A DNA stretch of 64,000 bases from Eledone cirrhosa (lineage: Eukaryota), in contig OZ024743.1 of the NCBI GenBank assembly GCA_964016885.1, positions 57,412,001-57,476,000 of the forward strand. Reading direction: 5' to 3'. Position numbers and translations under genes: made by a program. Of the stretch, positions 57,160 to 64,000 are shown one piece after another. The stretch's first letter is position 1, and each line of letters starts with the position of its first letter. Under the pieces are notes generated by a model. It saw nothing but the letters and a program-made list of their open reading frames with translations. It did no database searches and was not told the origin of the DNA.

Positions 57160-58996
57160 ATGGCGGAAAAGATGGCAGATATGTCTGCCATTAGCTCTGC
57201 CACGCCCCCCAAGTCTGAAGAACAAAAAATAATTACAACAAAATTAGACAACGAAACAAACAAGGAAAATGAAAAAACAAATGTTAAGGAAAATGAGCAA
57301 ACGGAAAACAAACAAACAGAAAATAATACAAATAAAAACAGGGCAACTTTCGCCAAGAAAACAAAACAATCCATAACATACACACCAATTGACTTAACTG
57401 CCGCCAGAGAAAAACTGGCCGAAGCGAAAAAACAAATAGTCTTGGGGGAGAACGGAATGTTTTCCATTAACTCCCCCCCCCAGAATTCAAGAAAGCCAGA
57501 ACAGAGAGCACAGTTCTCTTCAGAACTATACTGAACCAGACAAGAAAGCCAGCACAGCCCAGCCAAATGGAAATAGAGTTGGTCCTAAAAGACTATATGA
57601 AGAATATTCTCTTCATACGAAAGGACCGACTCTATGGCAGCATTTCGGTGCTAACAAAAGACAAGGAAACGGCGGAGAAGCTTTCCCTAAGCCCACTCTC
57701 ATCGACAACATACAGCTTCTATCCCTCCTACATGGGTAGAAGAACACAGAGAGTAAAAGTAAAAACAATGCTGCCCACAATGGACTTCTGGTGGGCTATT
57801 GCTGGCTTCATAGACATGGGCGAAGACACAATGCTGTCAATGGGGAAGGCAACTGGAGATGCGTTCCTGGGAATGGGCCTCGACATACTAGTCCAAATGA
57901 GGCCCGAAAGAATAGCACAAATCCCGGATCGCATCTGGCTGGATGACCTTACCCCAATAGATATAATTGTAGAGGGGAGAAGACCAGCATGCTATTTATG
58001 CATGGAAAGGGGACACGTTAAGGCTAACTGCCCGAAACGTATCCCCCCAAAAGGACTATTGCCCACACCCACCACAAACAGTACACCAACACCACCCACC
58101 TCCAAAAATACACTAATACCACACACAGCAAACAAAATACAGACACCACCAACCACAAACACAACACAAACATCACCATCACCAGCACCAAACACAAGCA
58201 CGACACAAAAATCACCACCACCAACCACAACACAAACATCACCACCACCATCACCAACCACAAGCACGACACAAACATTACCACCACCACCACCACCACA
58301 AAACCCATTCCAAACAAATAATAAAAAAAACAGCAACAAATCTACCCCTCCCGCAAAAAAAAACCAGACACGACGTCCCTCCCACCTAGCGCTGAAGAGT
58401 TTCCCCCAACTTCTGAAGAAGAAGGAGGAGAAGCCTTCAGACAAGTTAAAAGAAAAAAAAGAAAACACACACCCAGCACACCACAAATAACCCACACACA
58501 AACACCAACTCCAATCAAAAACACCCCACCCTCAACAAACAAAAATAAATCTGCGCCTCCCCCCTCCGAAACATTGACAGCATCACAAAAAAAGACGTTG
58601 CAATACACATATATAAATAAAGAAAACAAAAAACTGGTTAAATTAATAAACAATAACCCTATGGTGCAGACCGAAGGGCCAAACTTTATCTCAACAGAGA
58701 ACTTCACCCATTTAAAAATGATAAAGGTCCCTCTGGACCTTTATCGTTCCTTAAAAGAACAATTTAGACGGGACGTGAGCCCCCCCTGTTTAAAACCGTT
58801 GAATCGCGTCCTCTTGAAAGATTTCCCCATAACCGCCCCTCTCCCTGACACAACTCCAAATACCCCAACCCCACCACACACGGGTACCCCCACACCACCA
58901 CAAAACATCCCTCCACCCAACACACCTGATGCCATGGAAATTACACAACCCGGAGAGGTAGGTGCTTTTCTTTCTTCACTTTCAACACCAAAATAG
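57160..58996 (+). pseudogene. ORF1 of copy 3
   Basis: Fragments 57133-57534, 57567-58490 (LYGSISV, FYPSYMG, CYLCMERGHVKANC) and 58574-58996. Confidence 0.82.
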
Positions 58997-61900
58997 ATCA
59001 ATTGAGAGTTGGCTGTTTGAACGCGCGTGGCCTGGGCTCAGCTTGGAAGCAAGCAAAGCTTCTAAATGACCTCAGGTCACAAAGTATAGATGTGATGGTT
59101 GTTTGCGAGAGTCGGATCAGCAGCGTGAGACAGCTGGCGCCCGCCTTCGATGACTTTGAGATGCACGCATCTCTCTGTCAACCCGGAGGCGGGGGGGGGG
59201 GGGAGTTGCCGTACTGCTGGATAAACGTCTGGCTCTCGACGTACAGATTGTTCACTTGGACCCGGGGGGTCGATTACTGGTGCTGGACGTCGGAGGCGGT
59301 GAAGGCGGGGCTTTCAGACTGGTCGGTCTTTATGCCCCCTTCGGGGCTGAAAGAGCCGACTTCTTCCAGCGTCTGGAGACTTTTCTAGGAACGTCGCGTT
59401 CCCTGCTTTTAGTGGGGGACTGGAATGGAATCCTAGATGCGCGTTGGGACTATGCAGGGGCATGTCCCGACAGAGGGGGGTGTAGCAGCCTCAAGGGGTT
59501 ACTCGACCGATTCGACCTGGTCGATAGATTTCGACTAGATTGTCCAACTGCGCCAACCTGGACCTGGGCAAACCGCAGTGGACAATCTAGATCGTACCTA
59601 GATAGGTTTTTGGTTAGGAGTAAGGATAGGGACGTATTTAGTTGTCCAGAATTGATCATGGTTGGCTATTCAGATCACAAATTAGTGACCTGCGTGGTCA
59701 ACCTTGATAGAACGCATAGACAGGGTCCCGGTTACTGGAAGATGAACTTGTCCTTGCCGGCAAAGAAAGATTACAGGAACCGGATTAGTAGCTTAGTTAA
59801 GATGCGGTTGACGGGAGCGATCGTCAACAGTAGGTGGTGGGTATCTCTAAAGAGAGAGAGATTAGAGTAAGTTCGATAGGTTACAGTAAGGAACTAGCGG
59901 CGAATAGAAATAGGAAGGAAAGGGAGTTAACAGATAAACTAGAAGAGGCGATTAGGAGCGGAGACGTAGCCAGAGTGTTAGCGGCGAGAACGGCGTTGAG
60001 CCAGTTCTTTGACGCGAAGCACGAAGGCTGCGTTGTCCGAAGCAAAATACGTGCTTTAGGAAACGAGGGGACCAAAGCTGTTAGCTGGGCTCGCGTGACA
60101 GAAGCCAAGAGTGGGATTAAATCCACCATTCGGTCTTTGCGAGACCAGAATGGACGGGTGATCCTTGAACCTGAGCGGATGTGCGAGGCCTTTCAAAGGC
60201 ACTTTACTCGACTGTTTGGAGGGGGCGGGGGGCCGGACGGGGATGTGGACTTCGGTCCATACCTCGACGGTCTACCGCGTCTTTCGAACGGCGAAGCGGA
60301 GTGCTGCGAAAGGCCAATCACAGCCACTGAAATCGGGAAAGCGCTCAGCCAATGCAGCAGACGCAAATCCCCGGGTCTCGATGGTCTACCATACGAACTT
60401 TATTTAGCTATGCCGGTCTTGTTCTCCGAACTCCTCGAGGCTGTCTATTGCAATTGGCAACAGAACGGGAGAATTCCCTGTTCTGTGACCAAGGGCGTGG
60501 TCACGCTAGTGAGGAAGGACGAGAGCAAGGGGGACGACTTAAGTAACTTTAGGCCCATAACTCTTCTGAATGCAGAGTTACAGATTTTGGCCAAGGTGTT
60601 GGCGAAGAGGTTGGCGCTTGTGGTGGGTTATTTGGTGGGAGACGCGCAGACATGCGCTATCCCGTCCAGGTCCATTCACGACAACCTCCACCTCATGCGA
60701 TACATCATAGAGAGGGTTGGCAACGAACCCGGCTTTGGTGGGGCCCTGATCAACTTGGATCAATTTAAGGCGTTCGATAGGGTCGACCATGGTTACCTGG
60801 ATGCGGTGCTAGCGGCGGCGGGCTTCGGACCCGTTTTCAGGGGCTGGATTTCTGCCATGCACAGTGGCAACATCTACTCTAGGATTAAAGTAAACGGCTA
60901 CCTCTCAGAGCCGTTTCAAATCACCCGGTCCATCAGACAGGGGTGCCCCCTCTCCTCCCTTCTGTACGTATTGACTCTCGAGCCACTGCTGCGGAAGTTG
61001 GAGTTGCTGCGGGGCATACCCCTGGAACTGGGATTGCACAAAGCGGTCTCGGCCTATGCCGACGACGTAACAGTAATGGTGGCGGACGCCTCGGAAATCG
61101 GGGCGATCGCCACCCTACTGGAGGAATACGAAAGGCTGACGGGGCTAGGTTGAACCAGGACAAGTCAGTCGGTTTGCAACTCGGAACGTGGAGGGGCAAA
61201 CCGATGCCGTTAGACGGTGTCGTCGGGCGGTGGACGGAGGGCCCGGTGAAGCTGCTTGGGGTCTGGTTCGGACCGGACCTCCAGGTGGAGAAGAATTGGG
61301 GCGAGGTGACGAGCAGGGTGTTTGCGCTGACCCAGAAGTGGGCCAAGTGCAAACTATCACTGAAAGGTCGGGCGGAGGTGACGAACGCTTACATAGCGTC
61401 CGTCATCTACTACCGCCTGACCGTCGTGCCTTGCCCCAAGGAAAAGATCACCATCATGGAACGCATGCTCTTCCAGTTCCTCTGGAAGAAGCGGCCTCCC
61501 ATGGTGAGGAGATCCATCTGCTGCCAGCACCCTTCGAAAGTTCGAAAGGAGGGCTGGGTATGCCGTGGCTGTTGATGCGTAGGCACGCATTGAGGCTACG
61601 GCATCTACAGGTATTCCTCAACGGTCAGCCGGTGTGGGCCCCGTTTGTGAGGCGAGCCTTCCCACAGCTCGTCTCGCTCACCGAACTGCAATCCTGGGTG
61701 AAGCAAAGACCGAGAAAACTGGGCAACTGGCACACCGAGTGTGCCCAGGCGCTCACGGCTATCTGGCAAGCGGACCCGACTATCAGTGGAGAATCCACCT
61801 CGACATTCTATAGAGGGTTGGTGGCTAGCAAGGGCGACGACACCCTTGGAGAGTCGCTAGGCATGGAGGAGGACGAACTGGCCAGCCTGTTCGGTAGAAC

Positions 61901-62442
61901 TTTCGGCCCGGGACCCATCGACAACTTCCAGAGGTCCATAGCCTGGCAGTGTTACCGGGGGGCTCTGCCCGTTCGAGAAAAGCTCTACAGACACGGGCGC
62001 CCGGGCAGGGATCCCGCGAAAAAGATCTGTCCCAGATGCGTGCGCGACGAGGAAACCGTTGCGCATGCACTGGTACACTGCCCGGGCGTTGCCGATCTGT
62101 GGGGCTACGTCGAACGACTGCTGTCGCGTGTGGCGCCGATTCGATTAACCGCCGAGTCTGTGGTGAACATCAAGCCGCCTCCTCACTTCAGAAATGAAGC
62201 AGAGGCGGTCTTTCTGTGCGTAATAGCCATGATGAAAGAGGTTGTGTGGTGGACGCGACTGAAAGGTCTGAGGTCGGGTGACTTTCTCTCCGGCCATCAC
62301 CTGGTTTACTTCTTCCGATACCACTTCGGAAGAAGGATCAGGATGGAGAGAGAAGTGCTTGGCCCCAGACAGTTTTATGAAAGGTGGGTAAAAGAAGCGA
62401 GAATGGCCCGTAAATGGGCCTTCTCTCTACATTGTTCTGTAG
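58993..62442 (+). pseudogene. ORF2 of copy 3
   Basis: Probable start mutated to ATA, LRVGCLNARGL, GDWN, SDHK, KAFDRVDH, QGCPLS, YADD, CPRC...HALVHC; frameshifts; ancestral stop TAG 62440-62442. Confidence 0.92.
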
Positions 62443-62673
62443 GTGAAGAAGTGAAGAGGAAAGGGGGAGCGCCTCCTCTCTGGGCTTCCCCCGCGAAAAG
62501 AGTTGCACACTTTTCGGGGGTATGTGCAATCCCCAACACGCCCCCTCCCTTTTGAGGACTTTTTATTGTTATATTATTATTGTTATTCCTTTTTTCTTTA
62601 CTCGATTTATGTAAACTCCCCCACTGTGTAAATGTCCCCTTCTTTTGTACCCTCGTGGCAAATAAATAGAAAT

Positions 62674-62675
<2 letters not shown>

Positions 62676-62748
<73 letters not shown>

Positions 62749-63201
62749 GCTAGCTAGCTAGCTACCTAGCTAGCTAGCTAGCTATCTACCTATCTACCTA
62801 TCTATTATCAATCTATCTATCTATCCATTCATTTACCAATACTAATATCTAGCTATCTCCCTACCTACCTACCTACCCACAAACATATATACATGCATAT
62901 AAACATACATACAAACATACATACAAACATACTTACATACATACTTACATACATACAAACATATATACATACATACATACATACGTACATACATACATAC
63001 TTACATACATACATACATACATACTTACATACATACTTACATACATAAACATACAGACATACATACTTACATACAAACATACATACATACATACTTACAT
63101 ACATACATACAAACATACATACATACATACTTACATACTTACATACATACTTACTTACATACATACAAACATACATACATACATACTTACAGACATACAT
63201 A
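62676..63201. repeat. (ATCT)n/(AGCT)n followed by degenerate (ACAT)n
   Basis: Directly visible. Confidence 0.95.
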
Positions 63202-64000
63202 CTGGATTATTAAGGCTTTACAGTTAGCTAAAGTCCCACAACCATTGGTAGCTGCTGTTGAACGCCTGACCAAGAACTGGTACACCAATTTCATCCTTAG
63301 AGGTGAGAAGGAGCAGGTTAAGACTGATAAGATACATTACCAGAAGGGCATCTTTCAGGGTGATAGCTTGTCAGTGCTACTCTTCGTTCTCTCACTGAAT
63401 CCACTATCTTACCTACTCAGGAAACAAGGTGGACAAAGAAGTGGGCCCAGAAGTATCTCCCATCTTTTCTTTGTTGATGACCTGAAGTTGTATGGGCCAA
63501 ATATCAATGACATCAAGAAACAATTGGACCTCATTACACAATTTTCAACCGACATCAAAATGAAATTTGGTGAATCCAAGTGTGCATATTTGGCAGTAAA
63601 ACGTGGAAGAGCTGTGCCCTCCTCTAGAAATCTAGAGATGAACGGCCTGACAATACAACCTCTGCAATCAGGTGACAACTACAGATATCTTGGACAGGAT
63701 GAGATGTCAGATATGATGGCCCCATAAAGAAGGAGAGAGCCAGAACTGAATACCTCAGAAGAGTAAAGAAAATATGGTCATCAGAACTGTCAGCATACAA
63801 CAAATAGATTGCCCACAATACTTATGCTGTGCCAATTCTAACGCCAACATTTGGCCTGCTGAACTGGTCATTGCAAGAACTAAGTGAGATGGATGTTAAT
63901 GATGGATGTTAATGATGGAATAAAGCCTGATATAAATCTCTCACACAGAGAAATCGGAAGATCCTATTCAATGTTCAAACAAGATAAGAAAATTGACCAA
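63202..64000 (+). pseudogene. 5'-truncated R4/Dong-clade non-LTR RT fragment
   Basis: KGIFQGDSLSVLLFVLSLNPLS, ISHLFFVDDLKLY, FSTDIKMKFGESKC, YRYLG; starts right after (ACAT)n; similarity is less clear after ~63900. Confidence 0.85.

Larger units (their letters stand above)
56957..62675 (+). mobile_element. Tx1/L1-clade non-LTR retrotransposon, copy 3
   Basis: Same architecture; ends ccctcgtggcaaataaatagaaattt, then (ATCT)n at 62676-62747. Confidence 0.92.

Noticed and set aside
47872-62529. Minus-strand and alternate-frame ORFs over the Tx1 ORF2s as separate genes
   Set aside because: Shadow frames of GC-rich coding DNA with no motifs of their own.
45286-62675. Tx1 array as a segmental duplication or assembly repeat
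   Set aside because: Copies have unrelated 5' UTRs, diverged ORF1s and different disabling mutations.

Overview
Eukaryotic, AT-rich, microsatellite-saturated window with no convincing host protein-coding gene; the tRNA-derived SINE types look like coleoid cephalopod (Octopus-like) DNA (inference). Nearly all identifiable content is retroelement-derived: (1) a head-to-tail array of a ~608-bp non-autonomous RTE derivative in (CATA)n (1-3211, solo copy 5620-6227); (2) a 4.3-kb 22-bp satellite; (3) several Penelope-like elements (PLEs; RT and/or GIY-YIG), two with inverted pseudo-LTRs, plus many short PLE-type ends, several carrying type I hammerhead ribozymes that can be folded by eye, including a family of 120-200 bp fold-back hammerhead mini-elements in (TA)n; (4) three diverged, apparently full-length Tx1/L1-clade LINEs stacked head-to-tail, each bounded by (ATCT)n (45286-62675), with splice-donor-like and acceptor-like motifs bracketing ORF2 in all three; (5) fragments of RTE, R4/Dong, CRE, Vingi-like and mariner elements. 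Most listed ORFs are microsatellite or shadow-frame artefacts. All folds, alignments and clade assignments were made by eye, without database searches.
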